Origin: Octopus bimaculoides
Taxonomy: Eukaryota
Assembly (NCBI RefSeq): GCF_001194135.2
Contig: NC_068982.1
Location: 59,742,801-59,796,026, forward strand
Length of the DNA stretch: 53,226 nucleotides
Direction of reading: 5' to 3'
Made by a program: the position numbers and the translations under genes. A model generated the notes under the pieces. The model worked only from the letters and a program-made list of their open reading frames with translations, was not told the DNA's origin and did no database searches. Shown here in pieces: positions 38,785-51,314 of this stretch. Position 1 is the stretch's first letter; the number at the start of each line of letters is the position of its first letter.

Positions 38785-39289
38785 TAAAATATGTTTGTGA
38801 CATATTTCAACTGCTAAAAAGTAAATTCACAGCAGTTGTTGTAGAGAAAATTTTCTCTTATGATAAAAGGTGTAAAAATACCATATCTGTCCTGTGTCAC
38901 TGCCTGTCAGGATTCTCAGACATCAAAGCGAAAGCTTTAACTAAAATACAGTCAACAACATTGACTGGTTTGCACCAGTAGACCACCAGGTCATGGAAAT
39001 TACCATAATATTAGCGCCAGTCTACTGTTGCAAATCAGTCAATGTTGTTGACTTTATCTTAATTAAAGCTATAGCATTGATAAGTTTTGTCCAGAGTTGC
39101 CTTTCTTAGATATTTCCCATTAATAACAGCTGAGGAGCTAGAAATATTAGTGTCTGGAAATCCTAACAGGCAGTGACACTGAACAGGCATGGTGTTTTTA
39201 CACTGTTTTACCATAAGAGAAAATTTTCTCTATGGTAACTGAAGTGAATTTGCCTTTTAGCATTTGAAATATGTCGCAAACATATTTTA
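38785..39289. mobile_element. Foldback element with nested inverted arms
   Basis: Outer arms 38785-38923 / 39150-39289 (about 85% by hand count); inner arms 38933-38983 / 39020-39070. Confidence 0.85.
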
Positions 39290-39300
39290 TCTCATGTCTG

Positions 39301-39561
39301 GTAAGTTCACTGTCATCAATTCACCGCAGGGAAAGTTCACCGTAAGGAATATTCACTGTGAGGAAAGTTCCCCACAAGGAAAATTTATGGGAGAGATAAA
39401 TTCACAGTAAAAGAATAAAATAAACCTTATTTTTGAACTCTAATGTCTTCAGTCAATAGATAGGAAACTTCAAAGTAAAAAAATTCCTCACAGCAAACTT
39501 TCTTCATCATGAATTGATGGTGGTGAAATCTCCTGCAATGAATTGATGGCAATGAAATTAC
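39301..39561. mobile_element. MITE-like element with 15-16 bp periodic inverted subterminal repeats
   Basis: Left aagttcact/aattcaccg/aagttcaccg units mirrored by gaattgatgg/gaaatctc/gaaatta at the right. Confidence 0.65.
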
Positions 39562-42500
39562 GTGTAATCATTTTAACTAACCTAAACTTTGCTATTGCCT
39601 AAACATTGTTTAGCGCTAATTTTACAGTAATTTCCACAAGAAGGCTCTCCTGTCTCTGGACTTATTGATTTTGAATTGCCATTGATGCGTTTTTCTAGGT
39701 AACTAGGCAATTCTAGGCAAGGATTTTGCATCCTATGCAAACCCATTTTGATATCTGGGATGAGGTAATTTATATTAGCCTGGTCTCAATCCTTTGACCC
39801 ATCTAGCACAGGAGGCCCTCTCAGGAGCTTACATTCCACCGGCACAGCTCACAGGGTCACTGAAGCTCATAAGCCACCACATCACAAAATGAAATGGTAC
39901 CACATGATGTCAAAACATTCATGGAGACCCTGGAGAAGGTTATGGGAATTGTCCCTTCCTGACTTAATGAAGTCACTAAACAGAAGAAAATGGACATAAA
40001 TCTTGATATTTTATATTTAAGTGTTTGTAGAAGTGTTCATGTATGAAATATGTCTGCATGAGTAAATTTACAGTATTTAATATGTCAGAATAGTAGCTGT
40101 GTGATAGAGCCTTAAAGCTAAAACTAAATGGTCAATTTCATGCATTATTGCAAGTGTTCGTCATTTGGGTGTATTGATAAAATCTGACAGGTGTAACTGC
40201 TTTAAGTAGTTATATTAATACTAAAACTGGCTCTTACCTATATTACAGTATATCAGTAAATAAGAAAGATTTAATAAATCATTAAATACATTGAGCTATC
40301 TTGTCGATATATATTACTTTATGATCCTTGTAAATTGTTTACTAAAACAAAAATTATTTATATCTTTAGAAGAACTTTTTCATTTCTAAATGGATATTAG
40401 ACAGTATTTTCCAACTCCCTTGATGAACTGTAACATAGAGCAGATGAGCTCTATGATAGACAACAAAAGTTTGGTTGAATCCGTCAGGAATTCATGAAAA
40501 TTGATGGATAGAGCTGCAAAATGACTGAAAAGTTTCTTGCAGTTTGTCTACTAATATTTCTTATTGTAGATACATATTGTTTGCGTCAAAACATCAATAC
40601 TCTTGTTATATAACCGCAGAGAATAGTTAATAGCTGGGATTTGGGACTGCAGTGTAGGTTACTAGTATGCATCATGTCACAGACAACTTTTTGTAAATGA
40701 ATACTGGAGCTGAGGAGTAAATAGCACAAATATTACAAGGAAATCTATAAACATTTACAGTGTGTGTGTGTGCATGTGTATGTGTGATGAGATTAAAGGA
40801 AGTTTGATTTTTCTAAATTTTTTTGTTTTTACTACTGTAGTCAGAGGAGGAAGAGCAACATCTATGATGCTTTCTATAGCTTCTGGATTTTGCAGGAGAA
40901 AGGTGAGATATCATCCATAGGCTGGAAATCTAGTTTGAGCACTTGCAAGGGAGTAAACTCCACTAAAGGTACCTAAGGGTCAGGTGGTGTTAGTATTAAT
41001 AACAAGTTATAAATTAAGACAATTAATCTTTCAAGACTTGTCCATGAATTACAGGAAGAAAAAAATAGTTTAAATATCATTCAGCTTTACACTAGAATGG
41101 TAAAAGTGACCAAATATTAATAAGAAAAATATTATTTGTTAAATATTATTATATCTCAAGCTACTGCTATCTAGCACCTTTAGATGATCTCTACTCAACC
41201 ACTACACAACTGCTACTCAGCACTCCTACCATGGCCAGACTACCTCCATTTATATGTCTTGGGAGATCCTACTTCTTTGCCTGGGGGCGTCGACACAACA
41301 GATATCAAAAGTGAAAATGCAAAACACAGATGCACAAGGACAGCAAGCCAAGTCGTTCCCAAAGCATTTGTACCATCAAGTACCTGAATTTCTTTAACCA
41401 GTCCTTTCCACCATTCTCAGTCTTGAGCTTCCAGTTGTTATTAAATCAGCATAATTTTCATTCAAATTTTTCCTTGGGCTTCATAATCTTGGTGCTGCCC
41501 ACCCATTCTCCAGGATACAGGTGCCATTGGCTCTCAAATGACTCATCCTCTATTGATATCTTTTGTTTTTTTAATGAACCTTCCTCATTGGTTGAATCTA
41601 GTAAGATTCCAGTTTAGTCACCAGACACTCAATCATTTCGTTAGACTAAAAAGAAAAAAATGAAGCACATGAAGTATTTTTAAAAATTTGTATATTTCTT
41701 CTTCAACAGAATCTAAAGGATTTTGTTTCTTATTAAACATTATCATAGCAAACTTAACTGATGTAGAGGCTTTCCAAATCTTAAGCAATTAATTATTATA
41801 AATGCCACATTTTCATTTTAATTAAATGAAATTTAGTAAATGGAAATTAAGAAAAAACTTTTGGATATTTATATATAAGTGTGTGTATGTGTATGTATAT
41901 ACATTGCCAATGCATACTGGTAACAAAACATAAACATTATTGAGAAAAGCAAAATGAGTGCTTTAAGAATGGAGTCCTTCAATGTATTTGGTCTACACCA
42001 TATAACAGATATTGCCTTATAATAGCTGCTCTTAGAAATGGACCAACCTGTAACCAATGACTCTAATATTCACATATTGCATATAACAAAATGTTTCAGT
42101 CCTTAAATTAAATAAGTGAATGTGAATCAAGAATCTATAAAACACAAATCAAGTTCACTGTTCTTGAGACATCACTCATATATTCATAAACAACAACAAT
42201 ATGGTATTTTTTAACATGGTAAGTGGATTAATCTTTCATTTGATTGCTTTCATTGTGGAGTTGTCAATAGTTATCGCCCAGAAGAATAGTGGGACTTTTC
42301 AGTATAATACAACCACTCTTTGCCATCCCTGGAATTACAGACCTATAGAAAAATGGGTTTTGGACTTACAACAGAATGATGGCATTTTCAGCAACTAGTC
42401 AAATCAATTTCCTTTTACTGTCCACTAACAGAAAAACATGTAGTTTAACCATTTTCCTGTCCTATGTATTAGGTGTGATACACAGGACATATTTCTCTGG

Positions 42501-42931
42501 TGTCCATGCATTTTATATGATACACATTCCCAGTTTTTTCCAGCCACCAGAGTAACTTATGATGCATGAAAATAAAGCTTTATATTATTCAGAGCATATG
42601 AAACAAGGGCTAACTAAAAGTCTGCAAGTAAATATGAACATTTAGGACAGACTTACAAAAATGCTTTGCACAGGCAACCCGTTTTCACTGCAAAGCTAAT
42701 GATGTGTGTTTGCTCTCAAAACACATACCTGTCATTTTTCCTTCCATCTCTTTTTACCTAAACACTGCACAGTGTTTCTATTAATTAATTAAAATGTTTC
42801 CAACATTTATGCAAATGTTAAACAAATTAGGGCAAACCAATTTAATTCTCTCCCACTTTGTGTAGACAATCAATGACATTGCTGATGTTGTTTGTCTATC
42901 ATATGGGTCCATGCAGGCAATCCTAATGTCT

Positions 42932-43219
42932 CTTCTCACTTGTGAGTTTCTCACCAAAAATAACATGGTTTCGCTTTTGCACTGACCCTATTCGCCAGAT
43001 TCAGCACTAGTGGACTTTCATCTCCTTCTCAAGATGAAAATGCAGCTCAAAGGTCACCGTTTTAACACCGTTGTCGAGATCCAGAGTGAATTGCAGAAGG
43101 TCCTCAACTCACTTATGAAAAATGACTTCTAGGTTGGATTCCAAAAGTAGTAGGAATGCTGAAACCGGTGTATTGCTGCACAAGGTGACTATTTGGAAGG
43201 TTATGATGTTAAAACTTAG
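42932..43219 (+). pseudogene. Mariner transposase C-terminus
   Basis: LLTCEFLTKNNMVSLLH*PYSPDSALVDFHLLLKMKMQLKGHRF..RCIAAQGDYLEG (YSPDLAP.D motif); probable 3' end resumes at 45155-45208. Confidence 0.88.
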
Positions 43220-43224
43220 GTGAA

Positions 43225-45154
43225 TGCCGTAAAAAACCCATGTAAGTTATGCACTTTGTTTTCACAAAAACAAAAATAAACTTTAGTGGGTGCGTAAATT
43301 ACATGAGTAGATCGTTTCCAGAATTTTTTTAGAAATTTTTTTTTTTTTTGGAAAATGACGTACAGATGTTAACACTCATACCGGAAGTTGACTCATTTAA
43401 TTTCAGAATAGGTTTTTACTGAAAAAATATAATAAAGCTGACTTTTATTTATACTGGATGGTATAATGTTTGCTTTTTCTATATAAATTTACTAAAACCA
43501 TTAAAAGGTTAACTACTTTTAGAAGTTTGACGTTCCTGCTGGTAATCACTGTCTGGGCCATATTTTACATTGCTTGCAGTTTCTACCTATCACAATGGAA
43601 CCTAGTAATTTCCTTCTGCTTAAGAAGTCTAGCTTGCGTTTGCCTCCAGGAAGCTATTGCTCGCTTTCACCGTGTTAGGACAATTAAATTCATCACCCCC
43701 AACATCGCTGCTACCAGCTCTTACTGCATCTAACGTCGTCGACAACAACATCATAATTCATCCTTGCGCGTGTAAACTCACTAAGTGAATATGACTTAGC
43801 GTTCCTACAGAAACCTTCATTTACCTTATACGATGTTTAATGTCATTTCACATTCATGTTGAACTATGCAGCAATCTTATGTTCTCTTCATTGAACACTT
43901 GTAATGTATATATTAGCAGTTCTTTTGGTATAGTAGATTTTTGTTATTTTTGTTTATGTCTCCTCACAGACGTGTATATTCTAAGTCGCTTCTTAAATTT
44001 CGTACCACTCTTGTTTGATAAACGAATTAAACTTGCAAAGCTGTTTATTTTCCCCTTTTGATTTTGAATGTTTATTTTAGTTGATTACCAAACTATCAGT
44101 TTGGTCTCCCGGCTAAAATGGTAATGACAGATTTTTAAGTTTGCTTGACATTTTATAAGTGTGAAAGGGATTAAAATTCCGCTACACCATATCAAAGATT
44201 CCAACAAGAATAGGCAGAAAATCAGAGCTTGAAACAAGAAGACACTATAAGAATTGAATGAGATATGACGGCTCGGCCATCTCTCCCCAGTTCTTATATT
44301 AATCATTACAATCCAGAAATACAACAACACGAGGGATAACGGTAACAACAGATCAATAATTTATTCTAGGTTGGTGTAGAGCCGTTTCGTTCCTGAGTGA
44401 ATAGGCATGCCGCTAGAATACCAAGGAAGCTTCGACCACATGTCGGTATCGAGCTGAGAGAGCACTTGGAGATACGTGTTGTCACTGCCGCTGCTAGATA
44501 GAGAAGAGGACGAACGCTATTGCTCTCTCTACACCTGTTGCCTTGCGCATGCGTGCCTGGGCACTTCCGCTGACGGCAAGTCCCTTGCACATGCACAATG
44601 GCGGCCACACGCGCCACTACAACACTTTTGACCTATCAGAATTCTGTTTACATAAACAGTTTGATCGGTCATCTTCTTCTGCCAGTTGAGTAGAGTGTCC
44701 TTCAAGCTGATATTTATTGGTAATCAAACTTATTTTGCAACACTTGTACGTATTTATCAGCTTTGTTTTTGTTGATAAGAACTATCATCAACATTTCCTG
44801 TGATCATCATTTCAGAAGACATGCAGAAGTATGCTAAAGATCGGACATAATCTCTTGTGGGCAAGAAATGTATAATGAAGTTTATTATAAACAACACAAA
44901 CACTTCGTAATTTAATAGCTTTCAATGTGATACCTGTTAAACATATTTTTATTTAATAAAATGTAATCATATGTAAGTGAAATTATGCTAATACAACTAA
45001 ATTGGAAACCTTTTTCCCCTGGCCATATGGGAAATTCTGAAAACTTTTGGGTGCGAATTTTACACAAGTTGAAGCTTTTTTTAACAATTATTTTATCCTG
45101 AAAATCAACTGCGTAAATTACACAGGTGCGCAAATTACTTGGGTTTTTATGGTA
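43225..45154. mobile_element. Tc2/pogo-like non-autonomous DNA transposon inserted in the mariner 3' end
   Basis: Imperfect ~30-bp TIRs tgccgtaaaaaacccatgtaagttatgcac / gtgcgcaaattacttgggtttttatggta; subterminal ggtgcg..ttac repeats. Confidence 0.7.
44277..44624 (-). mobile_element. LTR (44292-44624) plus degenerate primer-binding site
   Basis: Starts TGTTGTAG, has AATAAA and a GT-rich U5-like end, then TGGGGAGAGATGG resembling the tRNA-Ser(GCU) PBS TGGCGACGAGGATGG; CpG-rich. Confidence 0.6.
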
Positions 45155-46364
45155 AGTTATTTTTTATTAAGCATAACTAGTAGTGGAACTCTTTGATAAG
45201 ACCTCATAATTAAAATGTTTCTGCTATTTATGCAAATGTTAAACAAATTAGGCCAAACCAATTTAGTTCTCTGCGACTTTGTTCATACAATAAATATCTA
45301 TAAACTACAATTTTCTCTGTGGTCAGAAAAATTACTAACAGTATCTGATAAAGCAGTAAAAAATACTGAAACTTGTCAGCGTGATCTCCTTTTTTCTAGT
45401 TACAAGGACAGAAACATGTGGTTTAATCATGATAACTATTTTTCTCAGCATGACTAAAAATACGTTTTTACTTTAAGCTCACATGTGTAAGGTTATCTTA
45501 TATCTCTATAATGTTGGAGTGTCAGTTAATTAATTATCTTTGGTCTCCTTAAGAAGAAAATAAAGAAAAATATTAATTTAGAATGCCTTGGTGGCCATCA
45601 CAAAGACACACACAAATTGAAAATCAGTTTCAACATCCTTATTGAAGCTAATCAGAAAAAAATATGAAAGTTTCATGTTATAAACCAGTTAAAATTTAAG
45701 GCTTCACTAATTTGTAAGCACCACACCATTTTAAATAAGACTTGTTGTGCATTATTCCCAGATCAGTATTAATTGATTAGATTAATGTTTAGTTGCATTC
45801 CAGCCATGACCATCCTGTCTTTTTAGAGGTATCTAACACTATATTACTCAATACGTCCTTCCTTGATTTGAGAGAGATGTGATTGTTATTTCTAGTAGGT
45901 TAAGTGACCATTTTCTATTTATTCAGGACCAACAGCTTCATGATTCAAAAAACATAAGTGAGAGGGAGCACTTCGTTTTAATGGATGAGGAACGGTTATG
46001 TGGTTAGGAAGCTCACTTTACAAGCAGGTGCTTTCAGGTTCAGTCCCACTGCACAGCATCTTCAAATATCTTTTCCTATGAACCTGGACCAACCAATGCC
46101 TCCTGAGTGAATTTGGTAGATGGAAACTGTGTGAAAGCTTGTTGAGTGTGTGTGTGTGCCTTTGTTATTCTTTGTTCCTCACCATTACTGAGACAGTGGG
46201 TGTTGGTTTATTTATGACTTTGTAACTAGATGTTTCAGCAAAAGAGAGTAATAGTTTTAAGATACATCTTGCAGATGCTCAGAGCTGCATTGTCTGTGGT
46301 GTTTTTGAGATATCGGAGGATTTCAGATCATTCAACATCCAACCCCTTTGCACAGTTGACTCCT

Positions 46365-46800
46365 AAAAACAGTGGCATTTTGTCCAGCTTTGTGTTCTGA
46401 GTTCAAATTCCTCCACGGTCAACTTTGCCTTTCATCCTTTCAGGCTTGATAAAATAGGTTCCCATTGAGTGATGGGGTCGATGTAATTAAATTACCCACT
46501 ATCCAGAAATTGCTGGCCTTCAGCCAAAATTTGAAACCAATATTATTATTATTATTATTATTATTATTAGTAATAATAATAATAAGGTGGCAAGCTAGCA
46601 GAATCATAAGCATGCTAAGCAAAATGCTTAGTGGTATTTCATTTGTTTTTAAGTTCTGATTTCAAATTCCATTGAGGTTGGTTTTGTTTTTCATCCCTTC
46701 AGGGTCAATAAATTAAGTACCAGTTGAGCACTGGGGTTGATGTAATCGACTTATTCCTTCTCCCAAACTTACTGACCTTTTGTCAAAATTTGAAGCCAAT
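46365..46800 (+). mobile_element. Two tandem SINE B copies separated by (TTA)n
   Basis: ctgagttcaaattcc..gcctttcatccttt and aaggtggcaagctagcagaatc..aagtaccagttgagcactgggg. Confidence 0.85.
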
Positions 46801-46854
46801 ATGAATACATTATTTGTTTGTTGTTTTTTTTATTCTTTTTATATATTTACTCAT

Positions 46855-47210
46855 TGTGGATGGGTTGTAAGGAGTTTGCTTCTCAACTACATGGTTCCAG
46901 GTTCAGTCCCACTGTGTGGTACCTTGGCTAAGTGTCTTCTACTATAGCCACAGGCTGACCAAAGCCTTATGAGAGGATTTAGTAAATGGAGACTGAAAGA
47001 AGTGTCATGTGTGTGTGTGTACGTGTGTGTGTGCATGTGTCTTTGTGTATGTGTTTGTTCCCTGGTGTTGGTGTGTTTATGTCCCCATAAACTAGTGGTT
47101 CAGCAAAAAGAGACTGACAAAATAAATACTAGACTTTACAAAGCAGTAATAAAGTAATGGGTCTGATAAGTTTGGCTAAAATTCTTCAAGGAGATGCTCC
47201 AGCATGGATA
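46855..47210 (+). mobile_element. SINE A
   Basis: ggttcagtcccactgtgtggtaccttgg..gctccagcatgg. Confidence 0.8.
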
Positions 47211-47662
47211 AATTATAAAAGAACTGCATGAATCGGCAGACATTCATTTATGGATTGGTTCTAACATATTGGTAATGGCACAAATATGAAACAAAATTAA
47301 ACATTCACTTTCAACATATTTTTATAAGTTGGACAAGCTTTACTGGTATCTCAATCAAAACTAGCTTCTCTGGACACAGAAATGATTTAGCACAACAACA
47401 TTACAAAGTGAGGCACAAAACCAAAAATTTTAGATGGTGAATGATGGAATAGAATAAGACTATCATCCAATAATGGGAGGCAAACTGTGTATGTATGATT
47501 ATTTTGTTTTAAAAATTTCATTTCTGAAAACCATTACACACCAATATTTCTATAGAAACAAGTGCAAAAATATGCATAGTTTTACATATACCAACATATG
47601 AACACTCATAAACTCCCCATGCATATAAACACATATATGCACACATATAAATGTGCACTCAT

Positions 47663-47711
<49 letters not shown>

Positions 47712-47824
47712 GCACATACACACACACACACACACACATGCATATACATAAACATATATAAAAGCACAAATACATATATCTCTATTTATGACTGTATCTA
47801 TTTATATGTATATATGTGTGTGTG

Positions 47825-47873
<49 letters not shown>

Positions 47874-48935
47874 GTATATATATACAACACATAATATAAG
47901 GAAATAAACAAGAATGTGTGTATGTAAATTTGTGCAAGTGTGTGAACAATATATATCCATATATATATATGTATGTACATATATGCATGGGCACACACAC
48001 ACGTGCATGCACGCACACACACACGCACACACATTCACACACACACACATACACGAAAGCACAAACACACACAGTTGCGAACACACTCTGACATATACAT
48101 ATAGTCTGTGATATTGTATAAATTTTTAAACAAAGCCAATCAACCATTTTATTTGACTTCTATATTCCACTTTAATTAAAATTTTATGGATGTAGCTGCT
48201 CCTGTTTTTTTCTTCTTTTATTTTTATTTTTATTTTTTTGAGAAGAGAAAATCATATGATGAAAATATTATTTTGAAAGAAAGGGTCTTTCTTCTCTTTT
48301 ATCCATAATTCATATGCAGATTAGAAAAAGATGGCTGATCAAAGGTACCACTTCCTGCCTGGGTAACAGAATTCAAATAACTTCTTTTTAAAATTAGTGA
48401 ATAGTATTTGCTGGGGCAGAGAAGAAAATATTTAAATATTATAGAACGTTATCTTGATATTAAAAATACTCTACTTCCTGAGCCATCGAGGGAACTGCCT
48501 CTTTGTGGGCACTCATTCTGCTAGAAATATCAGTTAAATAACACTCAAATCATATACTACTGTCTTTAAAAGGACAAAATATAATTAAAAAAAACAGATT
48601 GACTTACTGGATAAGGGGATTTTCATGGATGGCATACTTTGAGATTGTAGGTTTGTTTGATCAGAACAGATTTAAGGATGAACAATAATTCCTTACTTCC
48701 TGTTCCCTACTTTGCCATTTTCATATGACTTCAAAGTTACTCTCTAAAATATTTATAAGTATTTTAATGAATTAACCATTGAGGGCTCAGCTGATCATGA
48801 TTGGAGAAAAATCTCTTTGCTAAAAAACCAGTCACCATCTCCCTCAAATGATACTCAGATGTAACGAAAAATGTGTTTTCTAAAGTGATTCTGAATACAA
48901 GATGAAAGGGTTAGAAATGGATCACTTTTGATCAT

Positions 48936-49101
48936 AGGCGCAGGAGTGGCTATGTGATAAGTAGCTTGCTTACCAACCACATGGTTCTGGGTTCAGTCCC
49001 ACTGCATGGCACCTTGGGCAAGTGTCTTCTACTATAGCATCTGGCCAACCAAAGCCTTGTGAGTGGATTTGGTAGATGGAAACTGAAAGAAGCCTGTCGT
49101 A

Positions 49102-49146
<45 letters not shown>

Positions 49147-49366
49147 GTGTGTGTTTGTGTGTCTGTGTTTGTCCTCCCCACCATCGCTTGACAACCGATG
49201 GTGGTGTGTTTACATCCCCCGTAACTTGGCAAAAGAGACCAATAGAGTAAGTACTAGGCTTCCAAAGAATAAGTCCTGGGGTCGATTTGCTCGACTAAAG
49301 GCAGTGCTCCAGTATGGCCGCAGTCAAATGACTGAAACAAGTAAAAGAGTAAAGAGTAAAAAAGAG
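48936..49366 (+). mobile_element. SINE A, full length and little diverged
   Basis: aggcgcaggagtggc head to (aaagagt)n tail. Confidence 0.92.
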
Positions 49367-50504
49367 GTAAGCCGGATCAAATCTGACATGGAAATAATCA
49401 GCTACAACAGCAACATCAAGGATTTTCAATGTATAGTTTCCAAAATAATGGAATCTTTACTTTTCTGAAGTAAGCATTGTTATTGTTAATTTCATTTTGT
49501 TCATAACTGCAAATTGCAAAGAAGAGTCAAGCACTTACATGTCTTGAAGTCATGAGCTGCTAGAGCCATTCTATAATGTCCTGAAGCAAGGTTGGTTATT
49601 ACTCTCTACTTCTCAAAGGCTAGTGTGGATTTCCCCCTTTCAATTATGTTCTGAATGTCATTTTTCTTCCTCATATATGCAAAAACACTCACAGATTTTA
49701 AGGGTTAAGAAATGGAATCATATTTATAAAAGTCATGTCTAATAACAAAATGAACCTTTTTTCTCTCTTTTCCCAGTACTCCCACTCAGTACAGAAACCT
49801 TTCTTGGTGAAATGTCTCATTGATAACTTTGACACTCTTGAAGAAGTTCTAAATATGATCACATTCCTTAACCCTTTTTATCTACCAGTGTTTGTATTTA
49901 AGTAAGAAAGAAGAATTGTCAGGTTGCCATGCTTGACTGTTTTTGTAATACTATTCAGAGTATAACTAAAGAGAGGACAACTCAAACAGGTTTTCAGAAA
50001 CATTTTTAAAAATGCTTCACCAAGCATTGCTACAATACTAATGAACTCAGCATTAATATTCAAATTATAATCACAAATCATTAAAACAGTTGTTGCCATT
50101 TAGCCCAAGGTCAATTCTGATCATGAAGACCTATAATCAAAGCACTTCAGTCACGACCATTCCATCTTATTTTTGTGCATTACATGTGGACTATATTACC
50201 CTTTAAATCCTTTTAAGTTGAAAATATGTTATTTTAAAGGAAATTGGTCGCTATTTCTAGCAAGCTGATCAACTTACAAGAAATCTGGTTGTAGATATCA
50301 ATGGTATAGTAGACAGACAAGCCACTGCTGTTCAACAGTTGTTGGAGGAAGGGAGGCACATGTCTTTAAATCAAAGACCTGACATAAATGCCTGCAACAG
50401 AATGTATTTTGATAAAGACACCTAGAGTACACCTAGAGGTCTTTAAAAAGGACGACAGGTTAACTCTGCCACCCAAAAACAGGAGCAGTTCCTTCAGTAG
50501 GCTT

Positions 50505-50912
50505 TCACATAGGTGTGGGAAGAAGCTTGCTTCCAACTACATAGTTTCAGGTTCAGTCCCACTGTGTGGCACCTTGGGCTAGTGTCTCCTATTTATAAAC
50601 TTGGGCCAACTAGAGCCTTGTGAGTAGATTAAGTAGATGGAAACTGAATGAAACCCATAATCTATATATAAAAGTGTGTGTGTCTTCATGTATGTGTTCG
50701 TCCCCCACTATCACTTGACAAGCGATGTTGGTGAGTTTACATCCCTATAACTTAGCAGCTGGTAAAAGAGAGATCGATAAAATAAGGACCAGGCTTTAAA
50801 AAATACAAGGACTGGGGTCAATTCGCTTGACTAAAAATTCTTCAAGATGGTGCCCCAGCATGACTGCAGTCAAAAGACGGAAATAAGTAAAATATAAACG
50901 AAAAGATAAAAA
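50505..50912 (+). mobile_element. SINE A
   Basis: Head to tail, diverged. Confidence 0.82.
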
Positions 50913-50988
50913 ATAGTTTCTACAAACAGACAGGATTTGATCTTAGTATACTGTTTCTAAGCTAAATATCACAGAGCACTTAGTCTGT

Positions 50989-51314
50989 GTGGAGGTGCAA
51001 TGGCCCAGTGGTTAGGGCAGCGGACTCGCGGTTGGAGGATCGTGGTTTCAATTCCCAGACCAGGCATTGTGTGTGTTTATTGAGCGAAAATACCTAAAGC
51101 TCCACGAGGCTCCAGCAGGGGGTGGTGGCAATCCCTGTTGTACTCTTTCGCCCCAACTTTCTCTCACTCTTTCTTCCCGTTTCTTGAGTAATGCTGCGAT
51201 GGAATGGCATCCTGACGAGTTGGGTGGGGGTGGAGGGGTGGACATATACACCATAGAAACCGGGAAACCGGGCCCATGAGCCTGGCTAGGCTTTAAAAGG
51301 GCGGAAGAAGAAGA
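50989..51314 (+). mobile_element. SINE D variant with alternative tail and 11-bp TSD
   Basis: TSD acttagtctgt at 50978-50988 and 51315-51325; A box tggcccagtgg, B box ggtttcaattccc; (GAA)n tail. Confidence 0.9.

Noticed and set aside
41330-41620. Possible decayed RTE C-terminus on the minus strand
   Set aside because: Only vague W/P spacing similarity; not enough to call
44080-44210. FGLPAKMVMTDF, integrase-like words on the + strand
   Set aside because: Short, frameshifted and opposite in orientation to the adjacent LTR
49700-49877. 15-bp inverted repeat aagggttaagaaatg / cattccttaaccctt
   Set aside because: Probably outward-facing ends of TTAA-type MITE relics, not one element
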